Source: Octopus vulgaris (Eukaryota). Taken from it: 64,000 nt of DNA. The translations under genes were made by a program, and so were the position numbers. The stretch lies in the NCBI GenBank assembly GCA_951406725.2, contig OX597835.1, positions 8,432,001 to 8,496,000 on the forward strand. Direction: 5' to 3'. Positions 12,182 to 27,346 of the stretch are shown here, in pieces. The notes below the pieces were generated by a model. That model saw only the letters and a program-made list of their open reading frames with translations. It did no database searches and was not told the origin of the DNA. How positions within the stretch are numbered: the first letter of the stretch is position 1; each line of letters opens with the position of its first letter.

Positions 12182-12293
12182 AATTACCGAAGATATCCTT
12201 GTTGCTTATTTTGATTATAATCACCCCATGGATTTATATGGATAATACCATGCCAAATTCTGGTGCCTCTGACTTAAGTACCATATCATTTGA

Positions 12294-12488
<195 letters not shown>

Positions 12489-13394
12489 TAGGCTTTTAAA
12501 TAGCGTTTATAAATAATACCGGCACCCATAGCCCTTGGTAACAAATTCTGAAATAGCCTTTAAGATATCTACGATTAACCACTGCAAGGGGAATTACTCC
12601 TGTAAGACAAACGGGGCTTGGTTTTTTCACAGCGGGGGGTTTCCTTGACAAGGCAGGCTTAGATGAACACACACACACATAAAACATAATATATATATAT
12701 TTTTTTTTTCTGCCACCCAACGGTTCTCGCGGCAGTAGCCACTGACAGCCGAACGATCAAACGCACACACGTACACAAAAAATGTTTTCTACCCCTACGC
12801 CAACACACACATATATAGAACAGTATACACACACACACGTCTCTAAGTAGGTTTTTTTTCTCGCCCCTTATAAAACATCCAATATTCCTTAAATAGTCAG
12901 AACTTTATTCTCGGTCACAAAGAACACCCACATACCCTCACCCACATGATTGACCGATGCCTGACCCGTTAAATTCTTCAGCCACCGGTTCTCAACATAC
13001 ACTGATAAACAGTTTCGCCATGGGCTCTTAGGAGCATAGTTCGATTTGTTTTTGCTCCGCCTCTGTTCTGTTTTTGTTTTTCCAACGGATTTCCTATTTT
13101 CTTCCTGAAGAGAAAGACACAATATGGTCCCATTATTCAATCGGATTTTGGTAATTTGTGCCTTTCGAAACACGTGTAGAATGAAATAAAACGATTTCTG
13201 TTCAATCTGCGTTCAGCTCCATTTCTTCAATTCACCAATAATGTTTTAATTTCAATTATCCGCACCAACGCACGGTTGCAACACCATATGGTTGTACCTC
13301 CAACCGTGCTGTTTACTGCTGTGATTTTTGCTACTAAGGTATCGGTTAAACTTTTGATTAATCTACTACAAGATTATTCATCTTTCTATTTCAC

Positions 13395-13488
<94 letters not shown>

Positions 13489-13589
13489 TATATGCATGTG
13501 TGGGGGGGCTGTATGTATATACGTATACATATATGTGTGTGTGTGTTTACCTTATCAATGACTTAAATATATATTGAATATATTCGTAT

Positions 13590-14280
<691 letters not shown>

Positions 14281-14399
14281 AACAAACACAAACAGCTTTT
14301 TGTCATTACTTCTGATCAAATGCTGGAATACATTTATATTTTTATTGGGATAATGTTGCTGCTGTTGTTTACCTGGATGTCGCATTTTCTTCAATCCCT

Positions 14400-14431
14400 C
14401 CACGACCACCACCACTACAACTACCACCACC

Positions 14432-14502
<71 letters not shown>

Positions 14503-14513
14503 CTCTACTACTA

Positions 14514-14549
<36 letters not shown>

Positions 14550-14633
14550 CACTACTACCACGACCACTACTACCACGACTACATCCACCACCTCTACTAC
14601 TACTACTACTACTACTACCGCCGCCACCACCAG

Positions 14634-14687
<54 letters not shown>

Positions 14688-14766
14688 GACTACCACCACC
14701 ACCACCACCACCACTACTACTACTACCACCACCACCACCACCACCACGACTACTACTACTACCACC

Positions 14767-14803
<37 letters not shown>

Positions 14804-14805
14804 TT
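14400..14805. repeat. (CTA)n/(CCA)n compound microsatellite
   Basis: Direct inspection. Confidence 0.95.
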
Positions 14806-15294
14806 TCCTATTGTTCTTCTTGCAGTTGGTGTTACAATTCTTGCATTCCGTGTCCATTCGTCATTTCACAACTACTTTTTAACCCCACTTTTTTTTGTTT
14901 TTCTTCTTCTTCTTCTTCTTATAATTGTTGTTGTTGTCGATGCAATGCTGTTTGTTGCTGTTGTTATTGTTATTGTCGCATTATGACTGATATCAATATT
15001 TGTTTTTGTCCTTTTTTCTTGGGTGTTTCTGTTTTTTTATTTTTTTTTACTTCATTCTGTTGTCAGATTTATTGCTGTTAAAGTTTATATATTGTTGCTA
15101 TAGTTACTGTTTGTTGTTGATGTTTTTCTCCTTGTTGTAGTATTTTTTTGTTTGTAGATGTTGTTCTTATTGTTGTTGTCATCGCTTCTCTTCCCGTTAG
15201 AGTCGCTGTTGTTGTCTTTTGCAGAGTTTTCGATTTTATTTTGGCGGCAGCGGCGGGGGGAGGGGTTGCTATTTTACTATTCTGTTATCGCTGC

Positions 15295-16735
<1,441 letters not shown>

Positions 16736-17004
16736 TTTGATGATGGCAGATCTTTGTTGATTTTGTTGTTATTGTCCTATATTTTTACATTCTAGTAACA
16801 TTTATTGATTGTTTTCCATTTTTTTTTACAGCCGCCATGATGTCACTTGAATGGTTGTTTCAACAAGAATTAATCGATGTGCGGTATGTATATACAAATA
16901 TACAAATATACATATATACACATATATATATAAATAGATAGAAAGATATATCTGCATGTGTATATATGTGTGTGATTGTGTGCCCTTATGCAGGTATGTA
17001 TATA

Positions 17005-17108
<104 letters not shown>

Positions 17109-17156
17109 TGTGTGTGCGTGTATATATATATGTATATATGTATAAATATGTATATG

Positions 17157-17206
<50 letters not shown>

Positions 17207-17653
17207 CATACACATACCTGCATAAGTAAACGTAAAGTCACACACACAAACACAAACAAACACAAACAAATACACACACACACACAAAGATAAAATAGCA
17301 GAGAATTGCAAATAAAGAACGTGACAGATTTAATTTCAAAGGAAGTTTCGAGAAAAAAAAAAAAAAGAATTACTAAAAACAGTTTGGTGGCAAGAGACGT
17401 AAACAAAGCGTGAAGAGAATGTGGAAAGACAGAATGTCAACAAACAATAATGAGAGAGAAAAATAAATTTATTAATCATGGAGAAAAATAATGTATCGAA
17501 TGATTCCGATGTGTTATCACATAGTTTCTCAATGTTTACAGATATCAACTGCAGTTTACAAAATGGTGACAAATAAACAAGAAAACGAACGAACGAGGCT
17601 TTGTTAACGAGGACGTTCTGTACTGCCACACTTGTTGTTGATGTTGTTAAGGC

Positions 17654-17687
<34 letters not shown>

Positions 17688-17784
17688 GACAGTGACGATG
17701 TGACGGCGATGATAAGGATGATGATGATAATGGTGACAATGCTGATAATGCTGCTTTGTTTGTTTGCTTGTTTGTTTGTTTGTC

Positions 17785-18182
17785 TGTTGAGCGAAGCGGT
17801 CTTCGCCCCCAGAGCTCGCAAGATCGCGCCTCAGTATTGTCTGTAGTGGGAGAATCTCCGAAACGTGGTCCTTTGCTATTCGTAAGACCCGCAGAAGAGA
17901 AACCAGGTCAACCGCCGACACCGAGAGCATCGACGGATGCATGAATGCGCATCCAGGCCCAGCGGTTGCGTAGGAAGTCGGGGACAAGAAACAGGAAGAA
18001 AGAGTGAGAGAAAGTTGGGACGAAAGAGTACAACAGGGGTCGCCACCACCCCCTGCCGGAGCCTCATGGAGCTTTAGGTGCTTTCGCTCAATAAACACAC
18101 ACAAGGTCCGGTCTGGGAATCGAAACCGCGATCCTCCGATTGCGAATTCGCTGCCCTAACCACTGGGCCATTGCGCCTCCAC
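17785..18182 (-). mobile_element. SINE with family A head and a different 3' half
   Basis: About 17985-18182 matches the family A 5' part; 17785-17985 is unrelated to the family A tail and ends in (CAAA)n. Confidence 0.85.
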
Positions 18183-18740
18183 GCTGCTGCTGCTACTGAT
18201 GCTGGTGCTGACGACGACGACGATGACGACGGTGATTTCTACACATGACAATGATTGACGACACTGCATGCAAGTTTTCCTCAAGCGGCACACTGCAGTC
18301 TTTCAATCAGTGAGATGGTCACTGCTAGAACACTTTCCACCTTCTTTTTCGTGATTAGTGTTGGCCTAGGGTCAATCAACAACAATAACTTATTACCTGA
18401 ATACCAAATGTGACTTCATTCAGAGCTCAACACCAATACCACCACCACCACCACCACCACCACCACCACCACTACCACCACAACGATTGTATTTTCGGTG
18501 CCTTTTAACTTTTTGTTTCCCGTATAACTGATTAGTGTGATCGAAGTGCTAGAAATAGCAGTTAATGAATAACATATCAGACGCCACTAAATAATGTAGT
18601 CCAACATATACAAAAGTAGAGAAAGTCATGGTTAGAGGGCCTTTTTTTTATCAAGAACATCCTTGATTAGAACGGATACGACTATTTTGGTCAATCAACT
18701 GACACGATGCTCCAGCGTAGCCGCGATCATGACGATTTCG

Positions 18741-18772
<32 letters not shown>

Positions 18773-18982
18773 CACACACTCACTCATTCACTCACACAAG
18801 TATATAACAGTTTTGATATTTACAGCCAATCCCTGCCGCGTCAAGATATCCCATATTATGCAACAGAATTACATAGAAGATAAGTTTCTATGTTGCTAGT
18901 GAAACAACAATGTTTTCTCTTTGTTAAAATCGATTACAGAACGCTTTTGTCTATTCATTGTATATCTTGAATGGCTTAAATA

Positions 18983-19059
<77 letters not shown>

Positions 19060-19237
19060 TGTGTGTATATAAAATTATGCCCAAGGACATATGGAGGTAG
19101 AAGTCATGCATGAGGTTTTACTTGGGATCTATTATCAACTTGCTGGTGTCAAGTTGTTCAGTATTGTTAACAAATTCTTTTGATACTGAGTGATTTATCG
19201 ATATCTGGCAGGAGTTTTTTAATCTCCTTTTTCTTCT

Positions 19238-19285
<48 letters not shown>

Positions 19286-19299
19286 GTATATATACATAT

Positions 19300-19610
19300 A
19301 TATAATATTTCTATTATTGAAAACAAGTGGATGTATTCCACTGTAACTAGGTAAATAAAATCTTCGAACAGACGGTCAGTAGCGACACCTGCTGGTTCTG
19401 ACTACGCTGCATTGATAAAGGGCAACAACCCTGAAACATGTCTGCAGATATCTGACTAGCTAGGTGAAGCGGCTGACCTCCCCTGTTCAAAGGTTGTAAT
19501 GGACGCAGGTTCGTGTGTCATATAGCTAGCTAGAGGCGATGACCTCTTGGAGCTAATCAGCGACAGCTTTAGTCTTATTTATAGACTGCCATATTAGTAT
19601 GGCGATAACT
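19300..19610 (+). mobile_element. Short hammerhead-bearing cassette between (TA)n tracts
   Basis: Structured cassette with hairpins AGAGG..CCTCT, AGTCT..AGACT and GCCATA-TTAG-TATGGC; TA runs on both sides. Confidence 0.65.
19407..19447 (+). ncRNA. Minimal hammerhead ribozyme with variant U3-A8 core
   Basis: CTGCA-TTGATAA-AGGG-CAACAA-CCCT-GAAA-CATG-TC-TGCAG; all helices perfectly paired; palindromic ACATGT helix III; GUC triplet. Confidence 0.8.
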
Positions 19611-19641
19611 ATATATATATATACATGTATGCATATGTATG

Positions 19642-19676
<35 letters not shown>

Positions 19677-19677
19677 T

Positions 19678-19721
<44 letters not shown>

Positions 19722-19758
19722 ATTCATATAGACAGACTGACAGATAGATGGATGGATG

Positions 19759-19793
<35 letters not shown>

Positions 19794-19794
19794 T

Positions 19795-19848
<54 letters not shown>

Positions 19849-19856
19849 CAATACAA

Positions 19857-19887
<31 letters not shown>

Positions 19888-20714
19888 GAGATAGATAGAT
19901 ACTGTAGTTGAATGTGGCGTTTATCCTCCCTAGCTATTATTGTTCTTCCTTCTTTGTCTTCTTCATTCATCAAATCGAGGACGTCCCCTGTTGACTTATT
20001 TAACAGTTACCTTGTCGTCATGGAAATGTCCTCAGATAACACAAAGCTAGTTTCCTGTTGCCTTCAGCTATTTTTGCAGAACGATTCATTTTCATCATAA
20101 TCTGCTGGTGCTGGAATGAAGTCCGCGAAATATTTTGTCCACCGTCCTAATATTTCCTCCGTTTCAGCGTCTCAGCGTCTTAGTTTGATTTTCGACTTCC
20201 GGGAGAACAGGAGTCAAAACTGTTTTGAATTCATTAAAAATCGGAATAAGAAAAAATAACTACATTGTTCTTTGTCCACGGCGCAATCGATTCTCTCAGT
20301 AGATTAGACTCCCATAATGGGATTAATTTTACAGTCAGTTTTAGAGGAAGTTACAGCTCAAAAATATATTGACAACCGGAATCTTAATCCTGGATCTTGT
20401 AAGTGCACGTGACTTGGCAATTGACGTCTTGCAACTCGATGGAAATAACTAGTAAGATTAATCCTTCAAGATGGCCTTTCTTATCTCCACGGATCCTTAA
20501 ATAGAAGACATGGTTTTAACATCAATCAATTAATTATTTAATTTTCTATCACCATTTATTCCAAGCAAGCGACACTAATGTATTTTCTTTAACAAGTAAT
20601 TAATACATTCAGTAGAGTGGTCCTATGTGGTTGCTCGGTCGGTTAGAAATGGCAGCAAAAGTCCAGTTTTAAACATCAGAAAACCTATTACTAACTGGTA
20701 GCCAGTGATAGTAT

Positions 20715-21330
20715 TGTAGAGATAGGAAAGCAAAAAATAACCATTTGCTTTACATGGATATTCTGAAGCTTTTTAGGAAGAATAAAAAGCGATTGATTCT
20801 TTAATACAAACCGTAAGACTCTACAGCAAAGATATGGGTATGGAATTTGGCATAGATATATGTGCAATATTAGTCATAAGAAAGGGACAGTTGAACATCA
20901 GTGAAGATGGACAGGCATTAAAATCACAGGAAGAAGGTGTAAGTTATAAGTAGTAAGGAGTATTAGAATCTAACAGAATACTAACAAGGGAAATGAAATT
21001 GAAAATTGAGAAACTTTACATTCGAGAGGTGAGGAAGCTAACGAAGTCAAAGCTAAATGGTTCGAATCTAGTGAAGGCTGTAAATACTTGGGCACAATCG
21101 TTACTTAAATATTCAGCAGTTTTTGTCAACTGGACAAAATCATAATTAGCAAATCCAGACAGAAGAACTTGGAAGGAATTCAATATGAACTCAGGACTTC
21201 ATTCACAAGCAGGAGTAGCAAGATTATACTCACCCAGAAAGGAATGTGGAATAGGGTTAATATCAGTAAAAGATTTCGTGGAATTAACTAGCGTAGATAT
21301 AGCCTCATATGTAGGTAAAGAGCTGTGGTA
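20715..21330 (+). pseudogene. R4/Dong-like non-LTR retrotransposon RT relic
   Basis: NHLLYMDILKLF, DSLIQTVRLYSKDMGMEFGI, KSKLNGSNLVKAVNTWA, GLHSQAGVARLYSPRKECGIGL; several stops. Confidence 0.85.
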
Positions 21331-22221
21331 TCGAACTAGGAACCTCATTGTTTGTAAATGCGAACCTTAATTCACCCTGTAGATCAATATATGTATTTCA
21401 CCAATATCGCTGCCAGCGTTTAACGATGTCGATATTAGCAGTGGTTAATGAAGTGTTTTGTGCATCCCCCCCCCCCCAAGTCTGTCCTACGTAAGTTTAT
21501 CCCAGAATAACAAAGGAAACATCAATCAATTCCTGTTTCCGCTCCCCACCAGGAAAACGTGCTGCGAATACCAAAACGTTTAACGAACGTCAAATTAATT
21601 TTTCAACAATTAAAAACCCCGATCTATTTCATTGAAAGCAGTTCTCCAATTAATCAACTAAAATTAACAACACACCATTTCTTGTCGCTAGCAGTTGCTT
21701 ATTAACTCCTTCATCTCCACCAGGATATTACCAGGATAAAAATAATCAATGATTATTTCAATCAATCGATCCCTTAATCAATACTTTAACAGAGGCTACA
21801 TGACTTTATTTCCATTATTTCCAGCAGCAACACTCGAAAACAGAGCTAAAGGGCTCCAGTTTTTTTTGGTTTTTTTTTTTAATAACAATTCTGGTGTTAA
21901 CGCTCTTTGAACTGTTGAGGGGAAAATATTATATAACTCAACTGAAAGTTTACTGTTTCGCATTCCAGCACTGATAGTCGGATGTTATCGTGGCCATGGC
22001 TAATGATTTTAGTCTTCCTGGTCCTAGTTCAACAAACTGTAAACAAGAACGAGCGGGTAAATAAAAAGGTTAACACGCAAAAGAAAAAAGAAAGAAATAT
22101 CAACCAATTCTTAAAATGACACCCTGATAATAATAAGCAGAATGACTCAAAAGAAAATGTAGTCCACCCATTCTGAATTACTGAGATATTATATATATAT
22201 ATATATATATTTATATTTATA

Positions 22222-22264
<43 letters not shown>

Positions 22265-22733
22265 AGTCCACACTGTCAATAGTGAGTACTATGCCAACTT
22301 GCAGTGGTAGTTACGAAAGGCTATCAAGACCAAACGATCAGGAAAATTGACGAAAATGGTTTTGTTTCATTAGGACAATGCTCAAGCATGCAAGTTCTTG
22401 CTTTCAATGGTTGATTATGCGTGATTGTGGCTTTGAACTGGTCGATCCTCCTCCCTATTCTCCTGATTTGACCCCATCTATTTACCATCTGCTCCTCAAC
22501 ATGAAAAATACTTGGCTGGGAACCAGTGTGACAGTGTTGACATCGTAACTGCTATTGATGAATTTTTGACCTGCACGTTAAAAGCTTCTTCACAAATGGG
22601 ATCCAAGCACTGCAGCAGCGAAAGAAGAACTTTGTTGACTGCAAGGGCGATTGTGTTGAAAAAGAAATCGCATTTGGTCAAATTCCTTGAGAGTATCTTG
22701 GTCTGCCTGTGAAGTTTTCAGCCGACCCTCGTA
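22265..22733 (+). mobile_element. Mariner 3' half with right TIR
   Basis: FH*DNAQ and PPPYSPDLTPS motifs, then GDCVEK; ends TTTTCAGCCGACCCTCG followed by TA. Confidence 0.9.
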
Positions 22734-22900
22734 ATGACATAAATTTTAACAACCAAATCTTATATGGAAAACCAAGGGTCATAGTAGGGACTCCGGTTCA
22801 GAACAATTGAGTTCGACAAATTAAACTTCGGTCACAGAATATACCAGCCTCTCTCCTGCATTCAATAATATTTGCAAAAACAGAATATATTCTTAATATA

Positions 22901-23287
22901 GGCGTCGGAGTGGCTGTGTGGTAAGTAGCTTGCTTACCAACCACATGGTTCTGGGTTCAGTCCCACTGCGTGGCACTTTGGGCAAATGTCTTCTACTATG
23001 GCCTCGTGAGTAGATTTGGTAGGCGGAAACCGAAAGAAGCCCGTCGTATATATGTATATATATATGTGTGTGTGTGTTTGTGTGTTTGTTTATCCCCCAA
23101 CATTGCTTGACAACTGATGCTGGTGTGTTTACATCCCCGTAACTTAGCGGTCCGGCAAAAAAAAAAACGATACAATAAGTACTAGGCTTGCAAAGAATAA
23201 GTCTTGGGGTCGATTTGCTTGACTAAAGGTGGTGCTCCAGCATGGCCACAGTCACATGACTGAAACAGATAAAAGAGTAAAAGAGTA
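22901..23287 (+). mobile_element. tRNA-derived SINE family C with internal (TA)n(TG)n
   Basis: A box TGGCTGTGTGG, B box GGTTCAGTCC, TTGGGCAA(G)TG CORE-like motif, (AAAAGAGT)n tail; copies at 35471, 47339, 63819. Confidence 0.92.
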
Positions 23288-23600
23288 ATCAGCAACCAAA
23301 TTAGCTGACGACTTATTAGAAATAAGAAAAATATAGAAAATTTACAGGAAAATATAGAAAAAAATATACATGTTTTTCCACAATAATTTTCCGTATGACA
23401 TGGCGATGCTTCGCATTTCAACGACTTTTCTTGCGTATTTCATCAATTGTAACATTTGAAGACAACGACTTTCAATTAAATAACTTTTATCTCTACAGTT
23501 AAGTACATTGAACTACATAATCGGAAAGGTTGCCATCGTATTTGTATAAGACTAAGCTTATCTGAATAACATGTTCAACATTGAAATATTTAAATATTTC

Positions 23601-23688
<88 letters not shown>

Positions 23689-24214
23689 CAGAGAGAGAGA
23701 AATAAAACCAATGACAATTTCAGAATTATAAATAAAACAAAACAAAACCAAGGATTAATGTTAAAAAGACACTCAACCGATAAGAGGAATTTGTTTGTAT
23801 AAATCTATTTTTATTTGGAATTATAGAAATCGCGAAATGAGTGTATGCATACATACATATATATAAGTATGTATCTATAAAAGAATAATTTATTACGTTC
23901 AACGCGTGATGCCATGTTCGTTTGTGGCGGCGATGGTGAAGGTGAAGTCGTTTTGCTGTATTTTGGTTATGTGTGTCCATATGGCAATGGCGAAGAAATG
24001 CAAATGGAATATCAATCTCTTGGATTAGATAATGTCAAATATGTGAATATATTTCAGTACACACGCTAAAATATCGGAGGAGAAAAGAACAAAATCAAGC
24101 GAACAAGACGAAAATAAGCACATAGGCAGAATCACATGAAGATAGGCGAACAAACACTCACAAATGTATGCAAGCTTCTATAATTTCCTCGGTCTTTCTC
24201 TTTATTTCTTTCCT

Positions 24215-24605
<391 letters not shown>

Positions 24606-25043
24606 ATTTGTACATACATACATACATGCACCAATTTATGTGTGCATACACATTGACATACACGCGCAGACTCTCTCTCTCTCTCTCTTACGCATAGACA
24701 CTTATACTGATATTTATATGTACGTGTATATTTGTCATTCTACTTGAATACATTTGCATATACTTACATATTCATCTATGCACAGATATAAAAATAAAAG
24801 TGCAATTATGTGCGGACACGTAAGCATGCGATCTAATATGACAATATACACAAACAAGTATGTATACAGAACATAAACACTTGTGCACGCACGCACGAAC
24901 ACACACACATACCTTCCACAGTGGCCATATACATATACATATAGATAGATATAGATATATATATGTATATGTATGTTTATATACATAAACACACATTCAA
25001 AGCACATGAGTATATATATATATATATATATGCATATGCGCAC

Positions 25044-25103
<60 letters not shown>

Positions 25104-25129
25104 ATATTAATATATTTAGAGACAAAGAC

Positions 25130-25130
25130 T

Positions 25131-25201
<71 letters not shown>

Positions 25202-25202
25202 G

Positions 25203-25282
<80 letters not shown>
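25130..25282. repeat. (GATA)n microsatellite
   Basis: Direct inspection. Confidence 0.95.
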
Positions 25283-25612
25283 CACACATGTATAATGTAG
25301 GCAATATAAAATCTAAACTGTTACATTCCTGTATTACAATCTAGTTTGTTGTTGCCGTTGTTTTATTGATCTGAGGTACATATTTGCAGTTCTGAATCCT
25401 GACAATATTGTGTGCAGTGATATTATACAAAAAACTATCGAGTTGGAATTTTTTATTGACATTATTTATTCACCATTACATATATTTCATATGCTAATAG
25501 GAATTACAAAGTTGTCCATGTTTTTCGAACATGGACAATTTTGTGTTTCCTGCTTGCAAATGAAACATGTAATGGAAAATAAATATTTCCCAAAAGTTTC
25601 TGTTTTATATAC

Positions 25613-25642
<30 letters not shown>

Positions 25643-25649
<7 letters not shown>

Positions 25650-25912
25650 GTCAGCAGACGCCGACCAATAAGTACTGTTGCTCCCATTGGAACACAAGGT
25701 AAAATCTATAATGAACTCCTCGCCTTTTCAAGAACATGGATTTTTTATATTTGACTCTATTGAATGTATGTCACAATTATGAACTGTTCCATCATACTCT
25801 TTAAACATATAGCATGGACTCTCTTTTTTTGATAAGGTTCGTTATTTCAAGAACCGAAACATGTAAAATTAAAATTTATCTAATATAGCGGCATTTTCAA
25901 ACTTCATTTTTT

Positions 25913-25916
<4 letters not shown>
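25643..25916 (+). mobile_element. Short hammerhead-bearing cassette between (TA)n tracts
   Basis: Begins with hairpin TTATTGGTC..GACCAATAA; TA runs on both sides. Confidence 0.6.
25826..25868 (+). ncRNA. Minimal hammerhead ribozyme with variant U3-A8 core
   Basis: TTT-TTGATAA-GGTTC-(10 nt)-GAACC-GAAA-CATG-TA-AAA; helix II GGTTC/GAACC; palindromic ACATGT; weak A-U helix I. Confidence 0.7.
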
Positions 25917-25951
<35 letters not shown>

Positions 25952-25954
<3 letters not shown>

Positions 25955-26141
25955 TTTATTTTAAGCAGCAGAAAATTCAACAAAATCTGTTACTCTGAGT
26001 TTCTCGTTGCCGTTCATCAGAAACTCAGAGTAACAGATTTTGTTGAATTTTCTGCTGCTTAAAATAAAGCATATTACTCTACCACTGGTATTTGAGTACT
26101 TTTTTTTCCACCTTGTTTCACATTTATGTGTTTACTCCGGT
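25952..26141 (+). mobile_element. Hammerhead family H2 element with 5' inversion (perfect arms of about 51 bp)
   Basis: 25954-26004 is the reverse complement of 26019-26069; 3' part matches 55000-55101; TA runs on both sides. Confidence 0.8.
25987..26020 (-). ncRNA. Hammerhead core (H2), helix I broken by the inversion junction
   Basis: Minus strand reads CTGATGA-ACGGCAACGA-GAAA-CTCAGAG-TA-ACAG. Confidence 0.7.
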
Positions 26142-26456
26142 ATATATATATATATATATATATATATTGATTTATTTATATGTATGTATATATATCACTT
26201 GTAAATTTATAATAATTTTCTCCTTCATATATTCGTTTTTGTTCCTATATTTTTCTGGTTGACTCCCCTACCCCGGGCTAGTTTTTGAGGAAAGTGACCC
26301 ACCCGATCACACTGGCCGGTCTTGTCTGTTATCGATGTCTTTTGCTTGTTAAGTTCTCTTTGTTTTTCTTCACTGCCTGTATGTACATTTTTACTTAAAT
26401 ATTGTAACTTTTTTCATAGTCTTTTCTATCACTTTTAGCCTCGTGTAATACATATG

Positions 26457-26524
<68 letters not shown>

Positions 26525-27306
26525 CAGTATTAATATGTATACGTACAATTCTCTATGGTTTTTTTCTGCTAGTGCCCCTGTTAAGTTATATTCTATTATA
26601 CACACATGGCCCTGTTTACATTATACTTCGTCTCGACATGTTACCATTTTTTAAAACATATCCGTTAGATTTTATTCTTATTCTTATGTTATAGTTTACT
26701 GCACATATAGACGTGCATACATATTGATACGTCTGTCTTTTTTCTCTTTCGTCTCTATTATTATTACTACTATTATTATTTCGTCAGTATTATTATTGCT
26801 GTTATTTTTCCCTTTTACAACTTGCTTGTAAATATCTGATTTTTCCCTATTACTCATTTTGTATTCTCCCTTATTGTGTCATATTTTAATTTATTTCATT
26901 TCATTAAACCTTTTTTGATGTCCTTCCAAAAATTCTTCACACTGATGCGAATGACAATGCATAAATTTAATTATAATTACTATGATTATAACATTTTTCT
27001 TACATATTTTTATTGTCATTTGAGACGCGCGAATGTAGTCAATCCTATTTTGTTTTAAATCTAATTTTGATGCAACCTTTTTTCTCCTCCATTTTTCTAT
27101 AACTGTTTATTGTATATTTATACCTATCACGATATTTTTCAATTACTATTTTCATATTCTAATTACTTGCTCTGGTTGTTTTTTTGTTTTTTTATGAATA
27201 TGATGAATCTCTATTAGAAATCATTCTTTCTTTTCGGACCTCTCAAAAAGTTTCAGTTGCTCTTTTTTTTAACGTATTTTTTCACATATATGTGTATGTG
27301 TGTGTA

Positions 27307-27346
<40 letters not shown>

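Larger units (their letters stand above)
11914..12191. repeat. Long inverted repeat (arms about 125 bp), each arm carrying a hammerhead motif
   Basis: 11914-12039 is the reverse complement of 12065-12191; inner 81 bp are identical. Confidence 0.95.

Noticed and set aside
17838-17875. GGAGAATCTCC-GAAA-CGTG-GTC in the variant SINE tail
   Set aside because: Upstream core reads CTGTAGT and helix I does not pair
19920-20170. Minus-strand LINE-like peptide traces (EEILGRWTKYF, NRGRPR)
   Set aside because: Too fragmentary to call without a profile search
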